A stretch of 63,432 nucleotides of DNA, filler included, from Octopus bimaculoides (lineage: Eukaryota), in assembly GCF_001194135.2 (NCBI RefSeq). It is 6 parts of 4 records of this genome, joined end to end, with 100 filler letters (N's around TTAATTAATTAA, not from the genome) between each part and the next. Parts side by side here need not be neighbours in the genome. Positions count along the whole stretch, not along the records: positions 50,579 to 63,432 come from NC_069009.1; 5 more parts are not named here. One strand, written 5' to 3'. Below the pieces are notes generated by a model. It was not told where the DNA came from. It ran no database searches and saw only the letters and a list, made by a program, of their open reading frames with translations. Numbering within the stretch: position 1 is the stretch's first letter; each line of letters begins with the position of its first letter. This document shows positions 51,717 to 63,432 of the stretch, one piece after another. The position numbers were made by a program, and so were the translations under genes.

Positions 51717-51885
51717 TAGGCTCAGGAATGGCTGTGTAGTAAGCTTCCGGGTTTAGTCCCACTGCGTGGTACCTTGGGCAAGTGTCTTACAAAGAATGAG
51801 TCCTGGGGTCGAATTGTTCGACGAAAGGCGGTGCTCCAGCATGGCCGCAGTCAAATGACTGAAACAAATAAAAGAATAAAAGAAT
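51717..51885 (+). mobile_element. Internally deleted type-B SINE
   Basis: The head (AGGAATGGCTGTGTAGTAAG..CCTTGGGCAAGTGTCTT) is joined directly to the 3' end (ACAAAGAATGAGTCCTGGGGTCGA..ATGACTGAAACAAATAAAAGAA). Confidence 0.85.
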
Positions 51886-52129
51886 GTATATATTTTCAAT
51901 CCGTACATTCCTATATCCTTAATTTTATTATATTTTCTTTTCGTTTCAGGTGAGTGGTGGCTTTTATTCAAAGTTTTTTACTCTTTTTATCCCAAATTCG
52001 TGAGTGACGCTTTTGAATATCTTCGAAATATTGTAAGTGATGCTTCCCTTTATTCAAAATTAAACCACATTTTGTTCTAATTCTAAATTTGGCAAAATCC
52101 TGTTGTGTTATTATTTTAACTCCAATTTT

Positions 52130-52375
52130 GTTGGAACTTCAGTCTTGCATGCGTAGCGAGCTTGCTATCGGCAGCCTATCGTAACTTGCTTTTGTGTTTT
52201 TTCAACTATCTAATATTTTCCTGATGATTCTAGTCACACCAAGGAGTCAAATCTTTTGTAATAGTTCTACTGGGCACTCTATTCCAATTTCTTTTATATT
52301 CCACTTGATGTCTTCAGACATTTCCCCAAAGACCCAACAATAATTGGCACTATCTTCACCTTCATTTTCCATTGT
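52130..52375 (-). mobile_element. 3' end of a second R4/Dong-type LINE
   Basis: Minus-strand VKIVPIIVGSLG, then after a frameshift IKEIGIECPVELLQKI*LLGVTRIIRKILDS*; this is the canonical R4-clade terminus (PIIIGALG...LLQKACLLGTARIIRKVL). Confidence 0.8.
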
Positions 52376-52384
52376 CGAACAATT

Positions 52385-52590
52385 ATTATTGGCAGAATCG
52401 TTAGCACACTGGGCAAAAATACTTATCGGTACCTTCTGTGTTCAAATTCCGCCGAGGTCGACTTTGCCTTTCATCCTTTCGGGGTCGATAAAATTAGTAC
52501 CAGTTACGCACTGGGGTCGATGTAAATTGACTTAATCCCTTTCCCCAAATTTCTTGTGCTTCCAGTAGAAAGGATTATTATTATTATTAT
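52385..52590 (+). mobile_element. Type-C SINE with an (ATT)n tail
   Basis: TGGCAGAATCGTTAGCAC..GTTCAAATTCCGCCGAGGTCGACTTTGCCTTTCATCCTTTCGGGGTCGATAAAATTAGTACCAGTT..(ATT)n. Confidence 0.9.
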
Positions 52591-53744
52591 TATTATTATT
52601 GAGTGAGTGAATGAGTGAGTGAGTGAGTGAGAAAGGAGCACATGCCATCAAAGTGACGCTGGGGTACAAGTATACGAAACCCCATCTGATAAAGGTACAC
52701 CAGGCACATGCATCACAACTACATGTGTGCAACATGGTGATCTCATATCAATATAGACAACACATGACACTGCAGGTGGGACCTAGTTAGAATTTGTTTT
52801 GAAGTCGAGTAGCCCATCCCAATCAAAATGTCCCCGAATAAAGGTTGTTGAAGGATAATGAATGAAATACCTATGTTTTCAGAAGGGATTTATTCAAACC
52901 CCAAAGAATTCCTCTCAACACATGGCTATGATGCTCTCCCACCCCTCCTGCTCATGATCAGAAATGTACACATCGTGAGCCACCAACGGCCATGCTCGAC
53001 TTGTTATGGTCAAACAACTGACAAGCAAATCTGTGTTATTGAGAATATTTGTTGTAGCCCATCCTTTATACCAAAACAAAGCGTGTACATGATAACACTT
53101 CCAATCAATTAAGATCAGAAGCCATGAGAACCAGTGCTTTTATTATTATTGTTGTTACTGTTATTTGTGGTGGTATGGTTATTATTGGCCATGTTTAGAG
53201 GTCATCTGTTAATGTACTCCATTTTTACAATTTTCTTGACCGTACATGTGGCCATCTTTCAAAGTAATCTGTTACTACCTTTACAAATGGGATTATAGAC
53301 ATATTCCTTAACTACACAATATTTCAAATTCCACAGTCCAAAGTACTTGCGAGAGTCTAGTATTGTTATAATTTAGAACATCCCTATGTTCATATTCGCC
53401 TGTGATTCCTCAATGCATTTATTAAAAAGTTACATCAGAAATTAATCACACTTACAAGTCACGGCTGCCTTAACTTCAGCAGTGTCTTTAATTCATTTTA
53501 GTATTTTCTGGAACGTGTTATTGGCTATCTTTAATGGTAACTTATCAAAGTCTTTACACAAATAACACTTTATCAGTTTAGTTGAAGCGGTTATAAATTG
53601 AATTATATATATACACATTCCTTAATTATAGAAATGATCTTTAGTTCAATACCTAGGTGATAGTCCTTAGTTTCTTTATAGTTAGTTATAATGATGACAA
53701 AGAGATGACAACGATAGCAATGATGATGATGGTTTGTGTGAGGT

Positions 53745-53940
53745 GGGGTCTGTCTCCCAACCACCTGCGAACCAATGCTGGTTTGTTTACATCCCTATAA
53801 CTTAGCAGTCTTAGAGGCCAATAGACGTACCAAGCTGAAGAAAATAATTACTGAAGTCAATTTGTTTGACTAATACCCTTCAAGCCAGTGCTCCAGTATG
53901 TCCAAAGCCTAATGAGTGAAGCAAGTAAAAGATGAAAGAT
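53745..53940 (+). mobile_element. Old, degenerate type-B SINE, 3' half
   Basis: CCAATGCTGGTTTGTTTACATCCCTATAACTTAGCAG..CCAGTGCTCCAGTATG..AATGAGTGAAGCAAGTAAAAGA aligns to the family 3' half. Confidence 0.65.
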
Positions 53941-53989
53941 GCACGTTGGTCTTGTGGGTGTGTCTTTGTGTGTTTGGGATTAGCCTTGT

Positions 53990-54500
<511 letters not shown>

Positions 54501-54797
54501 GCCACAGGGGTGTATGATTAGGGAGGCTCTACCGAAGAGAGATTGCATGAAATTTGTTGTGTGGTTTACACAGAAATCGAATCAGAGGAAATAAAAACTA
54601 TCGAACGAGATAATGATGATGATGATGATGATGATGATGATAACAATAGCTACAAAAGTGGAGTACGAGGCAAGATAACATGCGTGTATCTTGCATAAGA
54701 TGGCGAAGATGTTTGATTCGGATCGAATGAAAGAGTATACAGGAAATAACATTTTACACAGTATACAAAATTATACAACATCCCTAGACGAGGAATG

Positions 54798-54865
<68 letters not shown>

Positions 54866-55341
54866 AGCAAAAATAATAACAATAGTAATAATAATTTATT
54901 TGCCGCAAGGGCGGTGGATGAGGGAATGTGACACATGGTATATTTTACAAAAGATGGCGGAGTTTGAAAGAGTGAAAAAAAAAACCTCCAGCAAGTGACA
55001 TTTCACACTGTATACAAAATTATATAACATAACCCTCGAGCAGGGATTGTAGTAGTAGTAGTAGTATTAGTAGTAGTAGTAGTAGTAGTAAGGGAAAAGA
55101 CAAAAGGATGAAGAAGAATATAAATAGTTAAAGTCAATAATATCAGAAAATAAAGAAATAACGCCGAGCCAAGTTAGTTTTCCGCCATCTTGATATCGCG
55201 AATGTAATTCGATAATGTTTTACTTTGTTGAAGAATTATCGCTGGATAACGTGTTGATATCCATACCGCCATTATACATAGGTACCACACAGGTGTATAA
55301 ACATACATATATGCATACGCACATATATGTATGTGCATATA

Positions 55342-55425
<84 letters not shown>

Positions 55426-56144
55426 GGTTCCTTTCGCATTCAGTATAGTAGATACTTGTTTTACATTTGCTCTCACATAGAGATACACACAAGTTTTAGC
55501 ATTTCAATACATGTAGTAAATAGTACGTTAGCATTTAATAACCTAGTCCGTTAGTGTTTATACATTGTGGTTTAAATTCTCCACTCCAATGTGATTGCCC
55601 AGTTTATCTGAATTGGAATCTTCAAGTGAAGATATGAAATAATAACTAAGCAACACTCACACACATCTTCTGCTTGCCAGTTCTGGTTAAACCGTCCAAC
55701 TCATGCCAGCATGGAAAACGGACGCTAGAGTATGATGAAAAGAGGGACAGAGACAAAATAGGTGAGAGATATGCTCAGTACAGAGAACACGTAGTAGTGC
55801 TGAAATGAATTTGAACTTCGAATTCTTCATCCAGGACAAGGTCCACGGCATCAAGAGTAGCTGTATGAGAAATGCAAGATGAGCTTGTAGGTAGTGATGC
55901 AGATAATTATGTGTCTGTGTGTCAAGCCTAATTGTTTATATATGTGGAGGGGGGTGCATATATGCACACACACACACACGTATCTGTTTAAAGGTGTAAA
56001 ACAAAATGGGCGTCAACCAACGCTTACTCACAATTTTGGAATAGTTGCGATGTGTGTGTGTGTGTGTGTCTTTTGTGAGGTACGTTGCAGAAATTTGCTC
56101 GAGGTTGGGCCTTGTTTCCCTACTTTTTATTTCGAACCTTGTGT

Positions 56145-56708
56145 GAAGGTGTGTGGCTTACTTGTTAGGCTATCTGGCTCTCGACCGTAAGGTGGTGAGT
56201 TCGATTTACGGTGGTGCGTTGTGCCTTTGAGCAAAACACTTTATTTCATGTTGCTCCAGTTCACTCAGCTGGTGAAAATGAGTTGTACCTGTAATTCAAA
56301 GGGGCCAGCCTTGTCACATTACTGTGTCACGCTGAATCTTCCTGAGAACTACGCTAAGGACACGCGTGTCTGTAGAGTGTTTAGCCATTTGCACGTTACT
56401 TTCACGAATAGGGTGTTCTGTTGATCGGATCAACTGGAACCCTTGTTGTCGTAACCGACGGAGTACCAGTGTCCTTGAGCAAGACACTTTACTCCACATT
56501 GCTCCAGTCGACTCGGCTGGCAAAAATGAATAGTAACTGTATTTCCAAAGGCTGCCTTGTGACATTCTGTGTCTCACTGAATTTCCTTGAGAAGTAAGTT
56601 GGGAGTATGTGTGTCTGTAGAGTGCTTAGCCACTTGCACGGTAACTTCACGAGCAGGTTATTTCGTTGATCGGGTCATCTGGAACACTCCGTAACTGACG
56701 GAGTGTTC
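56145..56708 (+). mobile_element. Hybrid tRNA-derived SINE followed by a head-less tandem second unit
   Basis: Unit 1 (about 56145-56469): B box GTTCGATT, type-A middle, type-D 3' end. Unit 2 (about 56470-56708) starts at GTCCTTGAGCAAGACACTT and repeats the same body. Confidence 0.85.
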
Positions 56709-56753
56709 CATTTTATCTTGGAACAGCTCTGTTATCTTGGTGTCTGTTTAGAG

Positions 56754-57014
56754 CAGTATTTCTTAACCATCTTTTTTTTTTTTGCTTGTAGGCCCCTTTG
56801 ATTCCTCTTTTACTCGGATGGACGCTCCTAACCATTCAGTGTTTAAAAAATCCTATTCGTTTATATAATTAAATATTCTTAGCAATTGTATTAAAAAAAT
56901 TGTTAAAATATTTTTAGTATTGTAAAAGTATAACCAATTCATTGCTGTTAAAATTTTAACAACAAAATCTTTTATGGACCAACAAGGGTATGTGAACCGC
57001 GATTGAGAACCATA
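56754..57014. mobile_element. hAT-Charlie-type MITE, inverted relative of 13662-13901
   Basis: Ends CAGTATTTCTTAACC ... TTGAGAACCATA; the interior matches 13662-13901 in reverse complement. No clear TSD. Confidence 0.65.
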
Positions 57015-57094
57015 AGACAGGAAGTAGATGGGTCGTCTTGAACTAGTGTCAGTGTATAAGAGAGACAAACGAAAGTGTTTAGGTAATATATACA

Positions 57095-58018
57095 GAAAAG
57101 ATGGATAGGTAACTTGCTTCCTAACTTCATGGTTCCAGGTTCATTCCCGTTGCGTGCCATCCAAAGCGTTTGTGAGTGGATTTTGATAGCGGAAACTGGA
57201 AGAAGCCTGTTGTATATATATATATATATATGCATGTGTGTGTGTGTCTTTGTCTCTTTGTCCCCCGCCACTGCTTGACATCCGGTGTTGGTGTGTTTAC
57301 GTCCCTCGTAACTTAGCGGTTTGCCAAAAGGGACCTATAGAATAAGTACCAGGCTTAGCAAAAAAAAAAGAAGTTAAGTACTGGGGTCGATTCTTTAAGG
57401 CGGTGTCCCAGCATGGCCGCAGTCTAAATGTGTACGAGAGATGGTAAACGGCTGAAGGTAGAAAGGTAGATGGAACTGAAGAGACAGGCAATAGTGGATG
57501 GAGCGAGCGAGATGGAGTTATTTTGCTTAAGAGAAGTAGGTGGACTTCGACAGACAGGAAGTACAAAGATAGGCGGATAGTGTTGCTGTGAACTGTCTTT
57601 TACTTGTTTCAGACATTGGACTGCGGCCATGCTGGGGCACCGCCCTGAAGAGCTTTAGTAGAACAAATCGACGTGAGTAGTTGTTCCTTTTAGAGTCGAC
57701 CTTATTCTGTTGGTTTTACTAAGAAACTGCTAAGTTACGGAGACGTAAACAAAGCAACAATGGTTGTCAAGTAGAGATACACACTGGAATAATCCCGTCG
57801 TGTACGTGTGTGTGTGTGTGCATGTGTCTCACCGCTTGGCAACCAATGTTGGTGTGTTTATATCCACATAACATAGCGGTTCGGCCCTAAGAGACCGATA
57901 GAATAAGTGTCAGACTTTAAGTAATAGTAAATACAGAGTTAGGGTCATTCGACTAAAAATTCTTCAAGGCAGTGCCCCAGTATGGCCGCAGTTTAATGGC
58001 AAGTAGAAGATAAAAGAT
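57095..58018. mobile_element. Cluster of type-B SINEs: about 57095-57430 (+), 57595-57780 (-, 3' half), 57790-58018 (+, 3' half)
   Basis: Each carries the GGCGGTG..CCAG(C/T)ATGGCCGCAGT 3' motif and the TGTTTACGTCC..TAACTTAGCGGTT motif in the stated orientation. Confidence 0.85.
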
Positions 58019-58439
58019 TATTGAAGCAACGTGACTTGCAGAAAATACTGATTTCTTTTTTTTTTTTTTTTTTTGTAGATATTTAACATCATTATTTGAA
58101 TAACCATGAAATTTAATTTCGCGGTTAAAGGGTTAATATTTGCCTGGGTAATCAAATTTTACAGTGAAAAACGAATCAATATAATTCTCGTAAATGTTCA
58201 AGATTCACAGCTTAGCTATTTCATGAATTGTTTGTTTCTGACTATCGCGTACGTCACGAGAAAATGGCCCATAAGAGAGGCAGACAGGAAATAAATTGAT
58301 TGGTAGATGGTATCGTCTTTGAAAAATGCTGTCTGTGACACCAGAGTAGCAGACAACAGTGAATAACCAGAGAAGAGAGACACAGAGAATAGCAATAAGT
58401 TACTCGGGTGGAGCGGTCGTGCATAAGTCTGTGCATATT

Positions 58440-58945
58440 TCTTTTATTTATTTTCTTTTTCTTCTTTTACTTGTTTCAGTCATTTGACTGCGGCCATGCT
58501 GGAGCACCGCCTTTAGTCGAATCAAATCGACCCCAGGACTTATTTTTTGTAAGCCTAGTTACTTATTCTATTGGTCTCTTTTTGGGGACCTAAACACACC
58601 AGCATCGGTTGTCAAGCGATGTTGGGGTGGGGGACAAACACAGATACACAACATATACACACATACNNNNNNNNNNNNNNNNNNNNNNNNNNNNNNNNNN
58701 NNNNNNNNNNNNNNNNNNNNNNNNNNNNNNNNNNNNNNNNNNNNNNNNNNNNNNNNNNATATATACATATATACGACGGGCTTCTTTCAGTTTCCATCTA
58801 CCAAATCCACTCACAAGGCTTTGGTCGGCCCGAGGCTATAGTAGAAGACACTTGCCTAAGGTGCCACGCAGTGGGACTGAACCCGGAACCATGTGGTTGG
58901 TAAGCAAGCTACTTACCACACAGCCACTCCTGCGCCTATGTGTGT
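58440..58945 (-). mobile_element. Near full-length type-B SINE with a gap inside its internal microsatellite
   Basis: Minus-strand head AGGCGCAGGAGTGGCTGTGTGGTAAGTAGCTTGCTTACCAACCACATGGTTCCGGGTTCAGTCCC, then the body, the microsatellite and gap, and the 3' end AATGACTGAAACAAGTAAAAGAA. Confidence 0.92.
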
Positions 58946-59309
58946 GTATATATTAAGTCGTCACATAAATTCGTTCGTTATTTTCCATTCATTTCAATCT
59001 TTATTTCCAATAATTTTACGAAATCAGTCACTAATATATATTCTCCTTCATTGTTCACGTCTTCTCGCCAATGTTCCGTCAGTTAGTCAATGCCCTGACG
59101 GTAGACGCCATCTGAGTACTTCATTTGAAGTACTCATTGAGCCTTCGTATTTTCCTACTTATTTTAATCCTTATTTTTCATCAATGATTTTAACAAATCA
59201 ATCAATGATATATTCTCCTCCATTGTTCACAACTTCTCGTCAGCATTCCACCAACTTGTCAGTGTCACCCCACCCCCTTTTTTTAAATTTTGTTTTGCTC
59301 AATAAACGG

Positions 59310-59830
59310 TGACCATCTTGGAGCAACACCTTGAAAACTTTTTAGTTGAATGAATCGACCCAAGTACTTCTTTTTTGAGCCTGTTACTTATTCTGTCGCT
59401 CCCTTTTGCCGAAGAGCTAAGTTACGGGACGGAAGCAAACTAATACTGGTTGTCAAACGGTGGTGGGACACGCACACACACACACACACACACACATATG
59501 TGTGTGTGTGTGTATATATATATACGACAGGCTTCTTTCAGTTTCCGTCAACTAAATCCACCCACAATGCTTTAGTTGGCCCGTGACCATAGTAGAAGAC
59601 ACTTGCCCAAGGTTCCGCGCAATGGGATTGAACCTGGAGCCATATGGTTGGGAAGCAAGCTTTTTCCCGCACAGCCCACGCCTGCATGTATACACACACA
59701 CACAAGGTGGGTTTCTTTCAGTTTCGCTCTACCAAATCTATTGAAGGCCTTAGTCGGCTCGAGGCTATAGTAGAAGACACTAGTCGAAGGTGCCATGTGG
59801 CTAGGGAGCAAACTTTTTACCACCCAACCC
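59310..59830 (-). mobile_element. Type-B SINE (about 59310-59690) plus an extra partial head segment (about 59700-59830)
   Basis: CTATAGTAGAAGACAC..AAGGT.CC occurs twice (about 59590 and 59765) in the same orientation. Confidence 0.8.
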
Positions 59831-61539
59831 CCGCCTTGATGGTAAAAATCACTGGGTTTTCACTCAAGGAACTCATCGAACCTTCGTATTTTTCCATTTA
59901 TTTTAACAAAATCAGTTAATGATATAATCTCCTCCGACGTTCCACCAATTTTGTCAATGCTTTGATGGTTAAAACTCACTGGTTTGCCAATCGTAAAAAT
60001 TCAAAGAAACGAACGGATTTATCTGACAACCGAACATTATACGAGATACGTTGCGTATATAAGAGATGGAGAGGGGAAATGGAGAAGAGGAGGTGGTAGG
60101 CTACNNNNNNNNNNNNNNNNNNNNNNNNNNNNNNNNNNNNNNNNNNNNNNNNNNNNNNNNNNNNNNNNNNNNNNNNNNNNNNNNNNNNNNNNNNNNNNNN
60201 NNNNNNNNNNNNNNNNNNNNNNNNNNNNNNNNNNNNNNNNNNNNNNNNNNNNNNNNNNNNNNNNNNNNNNNNNNNNNNNNNNNNNNNNNNNNNNNNNNNN
60301 NNNNNNNNNNNNNNNNNNNNNNNNNNNNNNNNNNNNNNNNNNNNNNNNNNNNNNNNNNNNNNNNNNNNNNNNNNNNNNNNNNNNNNNNNNNNNNNNNNNN
60401 NNNNNNNNNNNNNNNNNNNNNNNNNNNNNNNNNNNNNNNNNNNNNNNNNNNNNNNNNNNNNNNNNNNNNNNNNNNNNNNNNNNNNNNNNNNNNNNNNNNN
60501 NNNNNNNNNNNNNNNNNNNNNNNNNNNNNNNNNNNNNNNNNNNNNNNNNNNNNNNNNNNNNNNNNNNNNNNNNNNNNNNNNNNNNNNNNNNNNNNNNNNN
60601 NNNNNNNNNNNNNNNNNNNNNNNNNNNNNNNNNNNNNNNNNNNNNNNNNNNNNNNNNNNNNNNNNNNNNNNNNNNNNNNNNNNNNNNNNNNNNNNNNNNN
60701 NNNNNNNNNNNNNNNNNNNNNNNNNNNNNNNNNNNNNNNNNNNNNNNNNNNNNNNNNNNNNNNNNNNNNNNNNNNNNNNNNNNNNNNNNNNNNNNNNNNN
60801 NNNNNNNNNNNNNNNNNNNNNNNNNNNNNNNNNNNNNNNNNNNNNNNNNNNNNNNNNNNNNNNNNNNNNNNNNNNNNNNNNNNNNNNNNNNNNNNNNNNN
60901 NNNNNNNNNNNNNNNNNNNNNNNNNNNNNNNNNNNNNNNNNNNNNNNNNNNNNNNNNNNNNNNNNNNNNNNNNNNNNNNNNNNNNNNNNNNNNNNNNNNN
61001 NNNNNNNNNNNNNNNNNNNNNNNNNNNNNNNNNNNNNNNNNNNNNNNNNNNNNNNNNNNNNNNNNNNNNNTATATATATATATATATATATATATATGTT
61101 ACATAATTGTGTATGTATTATAACATGCCTTCACGCATACGTAGGAGAACAGGGACATACACACAGAGGCACCAGGATGAGATTATACCCATACGCACAA
61201 ATAATACATACATACATACATACATACATACATACATACATGCATAGAACACGCTCATACTAACATACACATATCCAGATTTACAACGCGCAGCCACACA
61301 CACACACACACGTACGTACGTTTCGGCATACCACACTACAGCGTGTGTCATGTCAGGTTATCACCATAGCAACGTCGATTGGCCATCAATCATCTTCATC
61401 AGATCGATACTAATCTAAGTGAAAGGTTTTATGAGTTGTATCTGTCTGCGTATGCATGTGCGCATGTAGTGGCGTTTATGCATGCCTCTGTGTTTCGGTG
61501 TGCTTTATTAATGCTCATAAATATATTTGTGTACACGTG

Positions 61540-61569
<30 letters not shown>

Positions 61570-61578
<9 letters not shown>

Positions 61579-62965
61579 GAGAATATACAAATAATAACAA
61601 CAGACGAGGACAGGTGGTGTAAATAACAAAAGGATGTATTAGTATGACGCTCGGGAATACGGAAAGTCTTTGACGTTTCGAGCTACGCTCTTCAACAGAA
61701 AGAATACGGAGAGAAGGAGAAAAACACGGAGAAAAAAATTGAATAGTGTTCAGTCAACGGTCGTGNNNNNNNNNNNNNNNNNNNNNNNNNNNNNNNNNNN
61801 NNNNNNNNNNNNNNNNNNNNNNNNNNNNNNNNNNNNNNNNNNNNNNNNNNNNNNNNNNNNNNNNNNNNNNNNNNNNNNNNNNNNNNNNNNNNNNNNNNNN
61901 NNNNNNNNNNNNNNNNNNNNNNNNNNNNNNNNNNNNNNNNNNNNNNNNNNNNNNNNNNNNNNNNNNNNNNNNNNNNNNNNNNNNNNNNNNNNNNNNNNNN
62001 NNNNNNNNNNNNNNNNNNNNNNNNNNNNNNNNNNNNNNNNNNNNNNNNNNNNNNNNNNNNNNNNNNNNNNNNNNNNNNNNNNNNNNNNNNNNNNNNNNNN
62101 NNNNNNNNNNNNNNNNNNNNNNNNNNNNNNNNNNNNNNNNNNNNNNNNNNNNNNNNNNNNNNNNNNNNNNNNNNNNNNNNNNNNNNNNNNNNNNNNNNNN
62201 NNNNNNNNNNNNNNNNNNNNNNNNNNNNNNNNNNNNNNNNNNNNNNNNNNNNNNNNNNNNNNNNNNNNNNNNNNNNNNNNNNNNNNNNNNNNNNNNNNNN
62301 NNNNNNNNNNNNNNNNNNNNNNNNNNNNNNNNNNNNNNNNNNNNNNNNNNNNNNNNNNNNNNNNNNNNNNNNNNNNNNNNNNNNNNNNNNNNNNNNNNNN
62401 NNNNNNNNNNNNNNNNNNNNNNNNNNNNNNNNNNNNNNNNNNNNNNNNNNNNNNNNNNNNNNNNNNNNNNNNNNNNNNNNNNNNNNNNNNNNNNNNNNNN
62501 NNNNNNNNNNNNNNNNNNNNNNNNNNNNNNNNNNNNNNNNNNNNNNNNNNNNNNNNNNNNNNNNNNNNNNNNNNNNNNNNNNNNNNNNNNNNNNNNNNNN
62601 NNNNNNNNNNNNNNNNNNNNNNNNNNNNNNNNNNNNNNNNNNNNNNNNNNNNNNNNNNNNNNNNNNNNNNNNNNNNNNNNNNNNNNNNNNNNNNNNNNNN
62701 NNNNNNNNNNNNNNNNNNNNNNTGAATAGTGTTCAGTCAACGGTCAATCATAATAATATATATATATGTGTGTATATGGGAGAATATACAAATAATAACA
62801 ACAGACGAGGACAGGTGGTGTAAATAACAAAAGGATGTATTAGTATGACGCTCGGGAATACGGAAAGTCTTTGACGTTTCGAGCTACGCTCTTCAACAGA
62901 AAGAATACGGAGAGAAGGAGAAAAACACGGAGAAAAAAATTGAATAGTGTTCAGTCAACGGTCGT
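61570..62965. repeat. Duplicated segment of about 195 bp on both sides of a 957-N gap (61570-61765 and 62770-62965), probably a Penelope-associated repeat
   Basis: TATATGGGAGAATATACAAATAATAACAACAGACGAGG...TTCAGTCAACGGTCGTG is identical on both sides. A third partial copy, TGAATAGTGTTCAGTCAACGGTC, opens the right contig at 62723. Confidence 0.85.
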
Positions 62966-63432
62966 GTGTGTATGTGTGTCTAGATGTTTACACACGTTTC
63001 TGTATTTACGTGTGCCTACCAATGCTCTTTAAAATATTGCTGTGCGTGTATATATATATATGTGTGTGCACGTGCATGTGTTGCTGATACATGTCTATTC
63101 TATTGTGTGTAAATATTAATAATTATATATTTAAGCATGTGTGTATGTGTGTATGTGTCAATTGTTGCTTGTAAATGTATGTAATTCTCCGTGAGCGTGT
63201 GTGCTCGCGCGCAGCGGTGTACAGATGCATGTTGAAATGAATGGTCTCATGTTTGTGTGATGTGTCTGAGGTGTCGGCATATTTGCATATTGATATTTAC
63301 ATGGGAATAGGTATATATAATATGCATGCCATCTCTCGACCAGGTATACGAATGCAGTTAGATATGTATGCCTGAAAACTGTCGTACAACATGCACGCAA
63401 TTACACGTATATATATATATATACATATATAT

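Overview
AT-rich, microsatellite-dense animal genomic DNA from a gapped draft assembly. The SINE families and repeat landscape suggest a coleoid cephalopod, most likely Octopus; this is inferred from pattern recognition, not a database result. Almost all ORFs in the supplied track are artefacts of microsatellites or N-gaps. Only one host coding exon is well supported: a 200-bp plus-strand exon (27016-27215) encoding the end of an F-box, the linker and the start of the first WD40 repeat of an FBXW-type protein. Its partner exons were not found, so the rest of the window is probably intronic or intergenic. The remainder is a transposable-element graveyard: at least four tRNA-derived SINE architectures, mariner remnants and MITEs, hAT/Charlie MITEs with target-site duplications, RTE, R4/Dong, CR1 and Tx1-like LINE remnants, and a young-looking Penelope-like RT fragment. 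The most unusual structures are a mariner derivative built from two inverted left ends, a hAT element carrying GC-rich cargo, module-swapped SINEs, SINEs carrying an internal microsatellite, hammerhead-like motifs in probable Penelope-associated repeats, and a strong AG|GTGAGT recursive-splice-like site. I found no convincing evidence of a wholly new multi-gene system. Repeat boundaries without a TIR or TSD are approximate (about +/-20 bp).
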